Positions 37,767 to 48,764 are shown, counted from the stretch's first letter. The stretch is DNA of 64,000 nucleotides from an uncultured Bacilli bacterium (GCA_944371325.1 CALVXO010000002.1:42081-106080); one strand, 5' to 3'. Notes: generated from the sequence alone by a model not told the origin. Numbers and translations are program-made.

Positions 37767-39413
37767 ATGTTTAAAGAAAGTGTTACTAAAATATTTGCTC
37801 TAGGCGGATTAGGTGAAGTTGGAAAAAATATGTATTGTGTAATGCATGAAAATGAAATCATCATAATAGATGCAGGAGTTACTTTCCCAGATGATGTTGT
37901 TGGTGTTGATTATATAATTCCAGATTTTACTTTCTTAAAAAGAAATGAAAGAAAAATTAAAGCTTTATTTATAACTCATGGTCACGAAGATCATATTGGT
38001 GCGATTCCTTTTTTACTACAAAATGTTAATATTCCATTTATATATGCACCTAATCAAGCAATTGGATTAATTAAGAAAAAATTAGAAGAAAGAAATATTC
38101 AATATAAAAATTTATTTGTATATAATGAAAAATCTAAAATAAAATTTAAACATATGATGGTTGAATTCTTTATGACAACCCACTCTATTCCTGATAGTCA
38201 TGGTATATGTATTCATACACCTAATGGAACAATAGTAGAAACTGGGGATTTTAAATTTGATTTAACTCCAATCGGACCTATGGCTAATATTCATAAAATG
38301 GCAGAAATAGGTAAAAAAGGTGTTACTTTATTACTAAGTGAAAGTACAAATGCTTTAAATGAAGGATTTTCTATAAGTGAATCTAAAGTAGATGAAGCAT
38401 TATCTGATATTTTTAAAAAACATCATGGAAGAATTATTATAGCTACATTTGCTTCTAATATTTATAGACTTAAACATATTGTTGATACTTGTAAAAGAAA
38501 TAATCGAAAAATCGCTGTTTTTGGTAGAAGCATGAATAACAATATTGAAATATCTATTGAAGGTGGATATATTAAAAATAAAGAAATTTTTATAACACCT
38601 GAAGAAGCAAATAGTATGCCTGATCATAAAGTATGTTTATTATGCACAGGTTCACAAGGAGAACCTTTAGCTGCTTTAAGTAGAATAGCTAACGGAAGTC
38701 ATAAACAAATTAAATTAAAAGGGAATGATACTGTAGTATTTTCTTCTTCAGCTATACCAGGTAATGCAGTTAGTATATCAAGAACAATTAATAAACTATA
38801 TTTAAAAGGTGTTAAAGTATATACTAATACTTCTTTATCTGATGTTCACACTTCTGGACATGCTAATGCTGAAGAGTTAAAACTTATGATTAGATTAATT
38901 AAACCAAAATATCTTATGCCTATACATGGCGAATATAGAATGCTTAAAAAACATGCTGATATTGGTATCATGTGTGATATACCTAAACAAAATACATTCA
39001 TTTTAAGTAATGGTGATGTTTTAAATATGAAAAATGGTAAAATTAGTTTAGGTGAAAAAATTGAAGCTGGTAATTCATATGTTGATGGTAATCGTATTGG
39101 TGATATGAACAATGTTGTTATGAAAGAAAGAAAATCAATGAGTCAAGATGGAATCGTAATAGTTACATTACCAATAAAAAATAACAAATTAATTGTTAAT
39201 CCAACTGTAACCACTCGTGGATTTGTATTAGTTAATGACAACATGGAATTATTACATGATTTAGAAAATAAAACAAAAGATATTATTCAAAATAAAAATG
39301 TATCTGAATTAAAATCTGTTATAATTTCTGAATTATCAAATTATATTTATGATAAAACAGGTAGAAATCCTATCATTTTACCTGTTATTATGGAAATTTA
39401 TAATAAAAACTAA
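37767..39413 (+). CDS. rnj: Ribonuclease J
   Basis: Metallo-beta-lactamase HGHEDHIG, a beta-CASP region and a C-terminal domain; 548 aa. Confidence 0.93.
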   Translation: MFKESVTKIFALGGLGEVGKNMYCVMHENEIIIIDAGVTFPDDVVGVDYIIPDFTFLKRNERKIKALFITHGHEDHIGAIPFLLQNVNIPFIYAPNQAIGLIKKKLEERNIQYKNLFVYNEKSKIKFKHMMVEFFMTTHSIPDSHGICIHTPNGTIVETGDFKFDLTPIGPMANIHKMAEIGKKGVTLLLSESTNALNEGFSISESKVDEALSDIFKKHHGRIIIATFASNIYRLKHIVDTCKRNNRKIAVFGRSMNNNIEISIEGGYIKNKEIFITPEEANSMPDHKVCLLCTGSQGEPLAALSRIANGSHKQIKLKGNDTVVFSSSAIPGNAVSISRTINKLYLKGVKVYTNTSLSDVHTSGHANAEELKLMIRLIKPKYLMPIHGEYRMLKKHADIGIMCDIPKQNTFILSNGDVLNMKNGKISLGEKIEAGNSYVDGNRIGDMNNVVMKERKSMSQDGIVIVTLPIKNNKLIVNPTVTTRGFVLVNDNMELLHDLENKTKDIIQNKNVSELKSVIISELSNYIYDKTGRNPIILPVIMEIYNKN

Positions 39414-39436
39414 AAAAATCTCATTTTGAGATTTTT

Positions 39437-40135
39437 TTATTTATTTACTATTTTATTAAATTTATGATTGTTTTTTATTAAAAATATTTTTTCTGATAAT
39501 TTTTTTTCTTTTATTTTTATTTTATTCTTTTTATTTAATTCAAGAATTTTTTTAACTCTTGTTTTAAATTTTTCGCTTTTAAATAATTCCGGAAACTCAA
39601 TTAAAATTGCATTTAAACTAGCAAAATAATATTCATCCATTACCATTTCATCAGATAATTGTTCAAATGTTTCATCATCTAATTCAGTAACATGATAGAA
39701 TAAAAATAAATAATCATAACATATTGAATCGATAATTGTATTTTTTATTTCTTTAAATTTTGATTTTGACATTATTTTACTACCAAATCTTTTACCAATT
39801 TCATTAAGATAAAAATTATCACAATTAATATCTTCAGCATTATTTAATTCTATTATTAATTCATTAATTAAATCAATATATGTATTTTTATTATCACAAA
39901 CTACTAAATTATCTTTAATATAATGTAATAAATCGTATACTCTATCTTTTATTAAATTATCTAGCATTTTTAAATTAATAAAATTATCGATTAAATTTAT
40001 ATACAAATGTAAAAATCCATAATTTAATATATGATCATCATAATTACCTTTTAAAACTTTTTTATACATTTCATCATTATATAAAATGCATAAAATAAAT
40101 TTTACATTGAAGTATTCTATTAATTCATCATTCAT
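39437..40135 (-). CDS. Hypothetical protein (overlaps the lon stop by 8 nt)
   Basis: 232-aa ORF from the track. It is helical with a Lys-rich C-terminus, and no motif was recognised. Confidence 0.4.
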   Translation of the reverse strand: MNDELIEYFNVKFILCILYNDEMYKKVLKGNYDDHILNYGFLHLYINLIDNFINLKMLDNLIKDRVYDLLHYIKDNLVVCDNKNTYIDLINELIIELNNAEDINCDNFYLNEIGKRFGSKIMSKSKFKEIKNTIIDSICYDYLFLFYHVTELDDETFEQLSDEMVMDEYYFASLNAILIEFPELFKSEKFKTRVKKILELNKKNKIKIKEKKLSEKIFLIKNNHKFNKIVNK

Positions 40136-42407
40136 GTTTAACCACCTCTAATACTTCTTTAAAATTTTTAACTTTAATAAATCTTATATTACTTTTTACT
40201 TCTTTAGGTAAATCAATTATATCATTATCATAAGGTATAATTATTTTTTTTATTCCACTTCGTAATGCACCAAGTGATTTTTCTTTTAATCCACCTATTT
40301 CTAAAACATGACCTCTTAATGTAATTTCACCTGTCATTGCTATATCAGATGGTATTTTTAAATTTGTTAAAGCACTGAAAATTGCTAAAGTTAGAGCTAT
40401 ACCGGCACTCGGTCCATCTTTTTTTATTGCTCCTTCAGGAACATGTATATGAATATCATTTTCAAACATTTCATAGTTTATTTTATAAAATTTATAATTA
40501 GCTTTTAAATAACTTAATGCAATAGTGGCACTTTCTTTCATCACATCACCTAAACTACCAGTTAAAATTAAATTACCTTTTCCTTTATAATAATTAACTT
40601 CAATAGGTAAAACATCTCCACCAAAAGGTGTGTACGCTAATCCATTTACAACGCCTACTTGTTCTTTTGTTTTATTACTATATTTATATTTTTCTTTGCC
40701 TAAGTATTTACTTAAATTTTGCTCATTTATAATTAATTTGTTTATTTTAATTTTATCAAGAACAATTTGTGTTACAATTTTTCTAAATATTTTATCTAAT
40801 TGTCTTTCTAATTCTCTTACCCCTGCTTCTTTAGTATAATTTCTTATTATTTTCAATATAGTATTACTATCAATAGATATAAATTCTTTTTTTAAGCCAT
40901 TTTTACTTATTATCTTAGGAATCAAATATTTAGTAGCAATATCTAATTTCTCATATTCAGTGTAACCTGATAAATTAATTATTTCTAATCGATCTTTTAA
41001 AGGCTCAGGAATATTTTCAATATAATTAGCTGTTAAAATAAATAATACATTAGACAAATCATATTCTTCTTCGATATAATTATCACTAAAATATTTATTT
41101 TGTTCTTTATCTAAAATACTTAATAAACAACTAGATGGATCTCCTTTGTAGTCACTACTCATTTTATCAACTTCATCAATTAAAAATAACGGATTATTTG
41201 ATTTTGCTTTTTTCATAGAAGATATTATTCTACCAGGATTAGCTCCGATATATGTTCTTCTATGCCCAATTATTTCTGATTCATCCCTTATACCACCAAC
41301 TGATATTTGAACGAAATTACGATTAATCGCTTTAGCAATTGAGGCAGCTAACGTAGTTTTACCAACGCCAGGAGGACCTACTAAACATATAATTGATCCA
41401 TTTTTATTATTACTCATTTGATTTACAGCTAAATATTCAATAATTCTATTTTTAACTTCTTTTAAACCAAAATGAGACTCATTTAATGATTTTTTAACTT
41501 GCCTTAAATCATTATTGTCAGTAGTATAATTATTCCAAGGTAAACATAATAACCATTCAATATAATCTCTTATTATATTAAGTTCTGGAGACATACTTAC
41601 ACATGACTGATACCTATTTAATTCATAATTTAATTTTTCTTTTATTTTTATAGGACAATCTAAATCATCAATTCTTTTTTTTAATTTATCAAAATCATTT
41701 TCTTTAGAAGAATCACCTAATTCTTCTTTTAATATTTTCATTTTCTCTCTTAAAAAGAATTGTTTTTGTGTTTCATCCATTTCTTTTTTTACTTTTAAGT
41801 CCAAATTTCGTTCGATTTGAAACATTTTTTTTTCTTCATATATATCTTTTAAAAGCATTTCCCCACGACTAACTGGACTTACATTATTCAAGTATTCTAA
41901 TAATCTATTTTTATTATTGATAATGTTTGGTACAACCAAATCAGTAAATTTATCTAAACTATTCTCTTTATCAATAATAGATAATACACCATTACTAATA
42001 TAAGGAATATTATTTACATATATTTTTAATTCCTTCTTTAATTTATTTATTATTATTTGTTCATTTTCTACTTTTTCTATTTCAATTTCACTAACGATAG
42101 ATTCTAAAGGATCATTAGATTTAAAATTTAAAAATTCAATTATATTTACTCTTCTTATTCCTTTTAAATCTACTCTAGTGTTACCATTTGGAAGTTGTAA
42201 TATATTTTCTAATTTAGATAATACACCTATTTTAGTATTATTTTCTTTATATTCACTTACTACTAATATATAACTATCATGGAATAACAAAGACATATCA
42301 ATGACATTGTTATCCAAGTTTTTTGCGTCAAATTCTAGTTTTAAAGTGTTATGTGGTAATAAGATAATTCCTTTTAAAAGAATCACTGGTAAGTTATATT
42401 TTTTCAT
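40128..42407 (-). CDS. lon: ATP-dependent Lon protease (LonA type)
   Basis: Lon N-domain, Walker A GPPGVGKTT, and protease domain KDGPSAG with the catalytic Ser. Start set at the ATG after GGAAGTGA. Confidence 0.96.
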   Translation of the reverse strand: MKKYNLPVILLKGIILLPHNTLKLEFDAKNLDNNVIDMSLLFHDSYILVVSEYKENNTKIGVLSKLENILQLPNGNTRVDLKGIRRVNIIEFLNFKSNDPLESIVSEIEIEKVENEQIIINKLKKELKIYVNNIPYISNGVLSIIDKENSLDKFTDLVVPNIINNKNRLLEYLNNVSPVSRGEMLLKDIYEEKKMFQIERNLDLKVKKEMDETQKQFFLREKMKILKEELGDSSKENDFDKLKKRIDDLDCPIKIKEKLNYELNRYQSCVSMSPELNIIRDYIEWLLCLPWNNYTTDNNDLRQVKKSLNESHFGLKEVKNRIIEYLAVNQMSNNKNGSIICLVGPPGVGKTTLAASIAKAINRNFVQISVGGIRDESEIIGHRRTYIGANPGRIISSMKKAKSNNPLFLIDEVDKMSSDYKGDPSSCLLSILDKEQNKYFSDNYIEEEYDLSNVLFILTANYIENIPEPLKDRLEIINLSGYTEYEKLDIATKYLIPKIISKNGLKKEFISIDSNTILKIIRNYTKEAGVRELERQLDKIFRKIVTQIVLDKIKINKLIINEQNLSKYLGKEKYKYSNKTKEQVGVVNGLAYTPFGGDVLPIEVNYYKGKGNLILTGSLGDVMKESATIALSYLKANYKFYKINYEMFENDIHIHVPEGAIKKDGPSAGIALTLAIFSALTNLKIPSDIAMTGEITLRGHVLEIGGLKEKSLGALRSGIKKIIIPYDNDIIDLPKEVKSNIRFIKVKNFKEVLEVVKHE

Positions 42408-42456
42408 GTAAATCACTTCCTTTAAAACTGAATATTATTATAACATAAAAAGAGAA

Positions 42457-43296
42457 TTATTCATCCAATAATTCTTCTAAATTTATAATATTTAAATTTC
42501 TTGAATTTATATATTCTATTATCAGTGGTAATTCAGTTATTGTATTATTATTTATTTTTAAAGAGATAATACTACCTTTTTCTAAATTGCTTTTAATTGT
42601 AATCAAAGGATTATTTTTTACAATTATATTTGGTTTTATTATATAACTTTTATTATTTTTACAAATATTTAAAATTTCTTCATCTATAGTTTCTGTATAA
42701 CAATATGTATACTTTTGTTTACCAATATTTGTTACAATTGTATTCATCCAACTAATACCATTTTCTTTATAATTATAATTGTAACCTAAATTACCCACTG
42801 TATGACCTAATTTAATTAACTCTATTATTTTTTCATTATTATTTTCAAACCAATTACCATCAGTATAAAAAGTTGCTTTTACTTTATACTTATCTAATAT
42901 TTCTAATATATCATTTATTTCATCATCTTTTTCAATTAAAAATAACAAACTAACAGCTGATTTATTACTTTTTATAATATATTTATCATAATAATCTAAA
43001 ACACTTATTTCTGGTTTTACTTTTTTATATACTAATAAATTAGAATTAAATGAATTAATTTTTTTCATTTTTTTATAACTTTCTTTAATATCTATTTCAC
43101 TACCAGAAACTCCAGCTATTATTGTATTATTGTTTATAGTAGCATTTACTGGATCTATTTTATATTGATTTTCTATTTCTTTTATTTGCTTTAATAAATC
43201 ATCATTTTCCTTTATAACTGTTGTAATTTTACTTGTGTAAAAAAAAGTAAATAAAATTAAACTTAAAAAGCCTATTGCTTCAAATGTTTTTTTCAT
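42457..43296 (-). CDS. Polysaccharide deacetylase (NodB-homology) family protein, PdaB-like, with degenerate catalytic motifs
   Basis: N-terminal TM. KVKATFYTDGNWFENNNEKIIELIKLGHTVGN fits the NodB core. The TFDDG motif region reads LLFLIEKDD and the H[ST]xxH region reads LGYNYNY. Confidence 0.5.
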   Translation of the reverse strand: MKKTFEAIGFLSLILFTFFYTSKITTVIKENDDLLKQIKEIENQYKIDPVNATINNNTIIAGVSGSEIDIKESYKKMKKINSFNSNLLVYKKVKPEISVLDYYDKYIIKSNKSAVSLLFLIEKDDEINDILEILDKYKVKATFYTDGNWFENNNEKIIELIKLGHTVGNLGYNYNYKENGISWMNTIVTNIGKQKYTYCYTETIDEEILNICKNNKSYIIKPNIIVKNNPLITIKSNLEKGSIISLKINNNTITELPLIIEYINSRNLNIINLEELLDE

Positions 43297-43374
43297 AAAT
43301 TCACCTATTTAAATATATGAAATTTTTCACTTTTTTTTCTATATTTCATAATATAAGTTGAAAGGAGTTTTGTT

Positions 43375-43587
43375 ATGTATCCAAATTATCAAAATATGAA
43401 CAACATGTACAAAAATAATTCTAATGTTTATCCAAATGATGAAAGATTCGGAGGATTTGTATTTCCATTTTTATTAGGTGGGGTTACTGGAGCAGCATTA
43501 GCACCAAATTTCTGGCGTCCACCATATAGACCACCATACCCTTATCCATATCAACCATATCCTTACTATGGACCATATTATAGATAA
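43375..43587 (+). CDS. Small Pro/Tyr-rich protein with a central Gly-rich hydrophobic segment
   Basis: 70 aa: MYPNYQNMNN...GGFVFPFLLGGVTGAALAPNFWRPPYRPPYPYPYQPYPYYGPYYR. RBS GAAAGGAG lies upstream, and a bidirectional hairpin ATAGTAGA/TCTACTAT lies downstream. Confidence 0.55.
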   Translation: MYPNYQNMNNMYKNNSNVYPNDERFGGFVFPFLLGGVTGAALAPNFWRPPYRPPYPYPYQPYPYYGPYYR

Positions 43588-43609
43588 AAAAATAGTAGAT
43601 TAATTTCTA

Positions 43610-45163
43610 CTATTTTGCTTCTTCTTGAGCTCTTGTTTCTCTAATTACAATAACTTTAATTGTACCAGGATATTGTAATGTTTCTTCAATTTTATTTTTA
43701 ATATCACGAGCAATTTTATAACTTGTAGCATCATCAACTTTATCTGGTTTAACAATTACTCTTAATTCTCTTCCCGCTTGCATTGCATATGATTTTTCAA
43801 CACCTGGAATTTCATTACCAATACTTTCTAATTCTTGTAATCTTTGAACATAATTTTCTAAAGAATCGTTTCTAGCACCAGGACGAGATGCGGATAAAGC
43901 ATCAGCTATTGCTACTAAAACAGAAATAACACTAGTAGCATCTTTATCACCATGATGTGATTCTATAGCATTAATAACTATATCATTTTCTTGGTATTTT
44001 TTAGCTAAAGCTGCACCTAAATCAACATGTGAACCTTCTACTTCATGATCGATTGCTTTACCAATATCATGTAATAAACCAGCTCTTTTAGCAAGTGCGA
44101 TATTTTCTCCTAATTCACCAGCCATAATACCTGCTAAATGAGCAACTTCAATTGAATGTTTTAAAGCATTTTGACCAAAACTTGTTCTAAAATTTAACTT
44201 ACCTAGTAATTCTTGTAATTCAGGATCTACTTTAGTTATACCTAATTCAAATAAAGCTTCTTCCCCATATTCTAACAATTTTAATTTCATTTCTTTTACT
44301 GTTTTATCATAAATTTCTTCAATTCTTCCTGGATGAATTCTTCCATCTTTAATTAAAGCTTCTATTGCAACACGAGCAATTTCTCTTCGATATGGATCAA
44401 AACTTGATAAAACAATAGCTTCAGGTGTATCATCAATAATTAAATCAACACCAGTTACAGCTTCAATTGATCTTATGTTTCTACCTTCTCTACCTATTAA
44501 TCTACCTTTCATATCATCGCTTGGTAAATTAACAACAGTTACAGTTTGATCACTTGCAACATCACCAGCATATTTTTGCATAGCATTTACTAATAAACTT
44601 TTTGCTTTTTTATCAACTTCTAATTTAGCTTCTACTTCCCTATCTTTAATATAAGCAGATATTTCTAAATTCATCATTTCTTCAACTTTTTTAAGCACTA
44701 ATTCTCTTGCTTCATTTTTAGAATATCCTGCTATTTTTTCCAACAATTCAACTTGTTGTTTTTTAATATTCTCCACTTTATCTTGTTCTTTTTGAATTTC
44801 TCTTTGTTTATTTACTAAATTATTTTCTCTTTCTTCTAACATTTGTTCTCTATTTTGCAAAGTTTGATCTCTTTTTTCAATATTATTTTCTCTTAAAAGT
44901 AATCTTTCTTCAGATTCTTTTATTTCATTTTTCTTTTCTTTTATTTCTTTTTCTGTTTCTATTTTTAATTTATGAGCTTCTTCTTTTGCATCTAATAAAT
45001 AATTTCTCTTTATTTTATCTGCTTCTTTATTGGCTTTATCAATAATAGATTCAGCTTTCTTTCCTGATAAATTATTCTTAATATAATTTAGTATAATCAT
45101 TATTATGATACCGACAAAAAGTCCTAATACAATAAATAAAATGGAGAGTATAACATCATTCAT
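43610..45163 (-). CDS. rny: Ribonuclease Y
   Basis: N-terminal TM, a coiled coil, KH domain ([11 protein letters not shown]) and HD domain (LLHDIGKA...HH). Confidence 0.97.
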   Translation of the reverse strand: MNDVILSILFIVLGLFVGIIIMIILNYIKNNLSGKKAESIIDKANKEADKIKRNYLLDAKEEAHKLKIETEKEIKEKKNEIKESEERLLLRENNIEKRDQTLQNREQMLEERENNLVNKQREIQKEQDKVENIKKQQVELLEKIAGYSKNEARELVLKKVEEMMNLEISAYIKDREVEAKLEVDKKAKSLLVNAMQKYAGDVASDQTVTVVNLPSDDMKGRLIGREGRNIRSIEAVTGVDLIIDDTPEAIVLSSFDPYRREIARVAIEALIKDGRIHPGRIEEIYDKTVKEMKLKLLEYGEEALFELGITKVDPELQELLGKLNFRTSFGQNALKHSIEVAHLAGIMAGELGENIALAKRAGLLHDIGKAIDHEVEGSHVDLGAALAKKYQENDIVINAIESHHGDKDATSVISVLVAIADALSASRPGARNDSLENYVQRLQELESIGNEIPGVEKSYAMQAGRELRVIVKPDKVDDATSYKIARDIKNKIEETLQYPGTIKVIVIRETRAQEEAK

Positions 45164-45299
45164 ATATTACCTCCACTTTCTAGAGTTATTCACTCTATTA
45201 TTATTTTAATATTTAAACAATAATAAGTCAAGAAAAAAAACTAGATTTTTTTTCTAAAATATTGTATAATTATTTTAAGAATAGAAGGGTGATTAAATA

Positions 45300-47045
45300 A
45301 TGTTAGGTAAAATCGTATATATAAGTAATAACACAGCTAATGTTCAAGTACCTCAAAATGTTAAAATACCAACTAGTTTAATGAACATGCATGTTATTTT
45401 TGAAGATACAAATAAAAAAGTTCTAGGAGAAATTGATGATATTGATAAAGATTTAATTAGAATAAGATTCTTAGGCGAAATAGTTAACAACCAATTTATT
45501 GGTGGTGTTATAAGAAAGCCAACAATGGAATCAAAAGTAAGAATGATAAATGCTGAGGAATTGAAGATAATTGTTGGAGAGAATAGCAAAGAAACATTTA
45601 TGTTAGGTACAAGTGCTTTATATGATAATTACCCTATAATGGTTAATATTAACGAATTATTTTCCAATCACATGGCTATATTTGGTAATAGTGGTTCTGG
45701 TAAATCATGTGGTGTAGCGAGAATGTTACAAAATATATTTGCTAATCCTAATTTTCAACCATATAAAGCCAATATATTTATCTTTGATGCTTATGGAGAA
45801 TATCACAATGCTTTTACTAATTTTAGTCAAATAAATCCTAATTATCAATTTAAATACTATACTACAAACAAACAAGATGTTAATGGTCAACCATTATTAA
45901 TTCCACTTTGGTTATTAGATAATGATGACTTTGCAATTCTTCTAAGTGCTACTGATCATTCACAACTACCAATTATTGATCGTATGATAAAACTTGTTAG
46001 GATATTTGCTTCTAGTGATGAAATGTCATTAAAATATAAAAACCATTTAATTGCTAAAGCAATAATGTCTATTTTATATACAAATCAAAATGCCAGTAGT
46101 AAAAGAAATGATGTATTTGCGATATTTAATTCTTGTTCAACGCCACAATTTAATCCGGAAGCAGTAGTCCAAGGAGTTGGATATACAAGAAAATTTAGAG
46201 AATGTTTTTTAATAAATGATCAAGATAATTTTTCTGAAAGTGTTTTATTATCAGAATATGTAACAAGTTTTATTGATGAAAGTTTAGATCAATATGAAGA
46301 AGAAAAAATAAATTTCTTTACATTAGAAGATTTAGAAAAAGCTTTAAATTTTACTTTAATATCTGAAGGTTTATTAAGAAATGAAAAAGCATATAGTGGT
46401 GCTATTGCATTAAAAGTAAGACTACATTCTATTTTAATTAGTGAGTATTCAAGATATTTTGCAATCTCTAATTTTATGACAAAAGATCAATTTATTGCTA
46501 GTTTAATTACTAAAAATAATAGAAAAGCACAAATTATTAACTTTAACTTAGAAGATGTTGAAGATTGGTTTGCTAAATTTGTTACAAAAGCATATGTTAA
46601 ATTATTATTTAATTATGTTAAAGGAATGAGTAATAGAGCAACTATTCCATTTCATATATTCCTAGAAGAAGCACATAGATACGTTCAAAAAGATAACGAT
46701 ACATATTTAATTGGTTACAATATATTTGATAGAGTTGCCAAAGAAGGAAGAAAATATGGTCTTATATTAGATTTGATTTCTCAAAGACCAGTAGAATTAT
46801 CAGATACAGTTATATCTCAAATGGCTAATTTCTTAATATTTAAAATTACCCATCCATTAGATGTTGAGTACATTCAAAAAATGTTACCAAATATTAGTAT
46901 AGATATAATTGAAAAACAAAAAAGTTTACAACCAGGTACTTGTATGGCTTTCGGTAGAGCATTTAAAATACCAATGATTGTTAGAATGCAAATGCCAAAC
47001 CCAATGCCTGAAAGTAGTAACTGTGATATTTTAGGAACATGGTAA
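45300..47045 (+). CDS. HerA/FtsK-superfamily ATPase (DUF87, HerA-like)
   Basis: N-terminal HAS-barrel-like segment (GKIVYISNNTANVQV...LGEIDDIDKDLIRIRFLGEI). Walker A: MAIFGNSGSGKSCG. Walker B: FHIFLEEAHRYV. Also GRKYGLILDLISQRP. RBS AAGGGTGA. Confidence 0.7.
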   Translation: MLGKIVYISNNTANVQVPQNVKIPTSLMNMHVIFEDTNKKVLGEIDDIDKDLIRIRFLGEIVNNQFIGGVIRKPTMESKVRMINAEELKIIVGENSKETFMLGTSALYDNYPIMVNINELFSNHMAIFGNSGSGKSCGVARMLQNIFANPNFQPYKANIFIFDAYGEYHNAFTNFSQINPNYQFKYYTTNKQDVNGQPLLIPLWLLDNDDFAILLSATDHSQLPIIDRMIKLVRIFASSDEMSLKYKNHLIAKAIMSILYTNQNASSKRNDVFAIFNSCSTPQFNPEAVVQGVGYTRKFRECFLINDQDNFSESVLLSEYVTSFIDESLDQYEEEKINFFTLEDLEKALNFTLISEGLLRNEKAYSGAIALKVRLHSILISEYSRYFAISNFMTKDQFIASLITKNNRKAQIINFNLEDVEDWFAKFVTKAYVKLLFNYVKGMSNRATIPFHIFLEEAHRYVQKDNDTYLIGYNIFDRVAKEGRKYGLILDLISQRPVELSDTVISQMANFLIFKITHPLDVEYIQKMLPNISIDIIEKQKSLQPGTCMAFGRAFKIPMIVRMQMPNPMPESSNCDILGTW

Positions 47046-47052
47046 AAGGACA

Positions 47053-48066
47053 TCATTTGACGTCCTTTTTTGTTTCTTTTTTTAAACCATAATGTACTCT
47101 AACTTTGTCTTCAATTTCATCAGATAATTTTTTATTTTTCTTTAACATTTCTTTAACATTTTCTTTACCTTGACCAATTTTTTCACCATTGTAAGAATAC
47201 CAAGCACCACTTTTTTCTATTATATTTGCTTCAGTTGCTAAATCAACTAATTCTCCTTCGTGTGATACACCTTCACCATACATTATATCAACTGTACATG
47301 ATTTAAAAGGTGGAGCCATTTTATTTTTTACTACTTTAATATTAGTTTTATTACCTACTATATCAGTACCTAACTTTAATTGCTCTGCTCTTCTTATCTC
47401 TAATCTAATTGAAGAATAAAATTTTAATGCTCTTCCACCTGGTGTTACCTCAGGATTACCAAACATAACCCCTACTTTTTCTCTTAATTGATTTATAAAA
47501 ATAGCGATTGTATTTGTTTTATTTATAACACCTGCTAGTTTTCTTAAAGCTTGACTCATAAGTCTTGCTTGTAATCCCACATGTGAATCTCCCATTTCAC
47601 CTTCGATTTCAGCTTGTGGAACTAAAGCTGCAACCGAATCGATAACTATAACACTAATTGCCCCACTTCTAACTAAAGCTTCACAAATTTCTAACGCTTG
47701 TTCTCCATTATCTGGTTGAGATAATAATAATTCATCTATATTAACACCTAATTTTTGAGCATATTGTGGATCTAATGAATTTTCAGCATCAATAAAAGCA
47801 ACTCTTCCACCTAATTTTTGAGCTTCGGCTATAGCGTGCAAAGCAAACGTTGTTTTACCACTTGATTCTGGCCCATATATTTCAATAATTCTTCCTTTAG
47901 GATAACCACCTATTCCCAATATCATATCTAACGAAATAGATCCACTTGGTATAACATCTATTTGTCTTTTTTCATTAGAACCTAATTTCATAACAGAGCC
48001 TTTACCAAATTGTTTTTCAATATCTTGTAAAACTTGATCTAATGTTTTATCATTACTTTTTGTCAT
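47053..48066 (-). CDS. recA: Recombinase RecA
   Basis: [19 protein letters not shown] and the L1/L2 loops; 337 aa. Confidence 0.98.
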   Translation of the reverse strand: MTKSNDKTLDQVLQDIEKQFGKGSVMKLGSNEKRQIDVIPSGSISLDMILGIGGYPKGRIIEIYGPESSGKTTFALHAIAEAQKLGGRVAFIDAENSLDPQYAQKLGVNIDELLLSQPDNGEQALEICEALVRSGAISVIVIDSVAALVPQAEIEGEMGDSHVGLQARLMSQALRKLAGVINKTNTIAIFINQLREKVGVMFGNPEVTPGGRALKFYSSIRLEIRRAEQLKLGTDIVGNKTNIKVVKNKMAPPFKSCTVDIMYGEGVSHEGELVDLATEANIIEKSGAWYSYNGEKIGQGKENVKEMLKKNKKLSDEIEDKVRVHYGLKKETKKDVK

Positions 48067-48173
48067 AATTTCCTCCTAATTTTAACTCCTACATTGACAA
48101 TTATAAACTAAAAAAAAACAAATGTCAATATAAATACGAACAAAAATTTGTATTTGATAACAAAAAAAATAAT

Positions 48174-48764
48174 TTAACTTAAAATTATTTTCTTATTAAT
48201 TTGATAATATTGTATTCCTGAATATATACTAAGTACAGTCGCAATAATTAATAATACATCGGAAACTTTAATATTATATAATTCAAAAGGTAAATTATTA
48301 AATAAGGTTAATATTATACCTAGCATCAAAAAAGCCGTTTTAAATTTTCCTGATTTAATAGCAGCTACTACTTCTTTTTTACTTCCTACTATCATTTTAA
48401 TTATATCTACTACTGTATCTCTTGTTACAACAATAACTGGTATTATTGGATGAATTAAACCTTGACTAGCTAATATAATTAATACCGAATTAACCAAAAA
48501 TTTATCAGCAATTGCATCTAACATTTTACCTAAATCAGTAATCATGTCATATTTTCGAGCTAAATAGCCATCTAAAAAATCAGTTAATGAAGCTAAAATA
48601 AATAATCCACCAGCTATAAAATATTTGACATCAACAACAATTAATTCATTAATGAATAATTTAGTAGCAGTTAATCCTACTGCATCAAATGGAAATAAAA
48701 GCATTATCACTATTAAAATAGTAAGAAATATTCTTATCATTGTAATTTTATTTGGTAAGTTCAT
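48174..48764 (-). CDS. pgsA: CDP-diacylglycerol--glycerol-3-phosphate 3-phosphatidyltransferase
   Basis: CDP-alcohol phosphatidyltransferase motif DGYLARKYDMITDLGKMLDAIADK. Start set at the ATG after GGAGGT. Confidence 0.92.
   Translation of the reverse strand: MNLPNKITMIRIFLTILIVIMLLFPFDAVGLTATKLFINELIVVDVKYFIAGGLFILASLTDFLDGYLARKYDMITDLGKMLDAIADKFLVNSVLIILASQGLIHPIIPVIVVTRDTVVDIIKMIVGSKKEVVAAIKSGKFKTAFLMLGIILTLFNNLPFELYNIKVSDVLLIIATVLSIYSGIQYYQINKKIILS

Noticed and set aside
45215-45250. AGAAAAAAAA-ctaga-TTTTTTTTCT inverted repeat between rny and the HerA-like gene
   Set aside because: The stem is almost purely A:T, so it is thermodynamically weak. Such repeats are expected by chance in A/T homopolymer-rich spacers.
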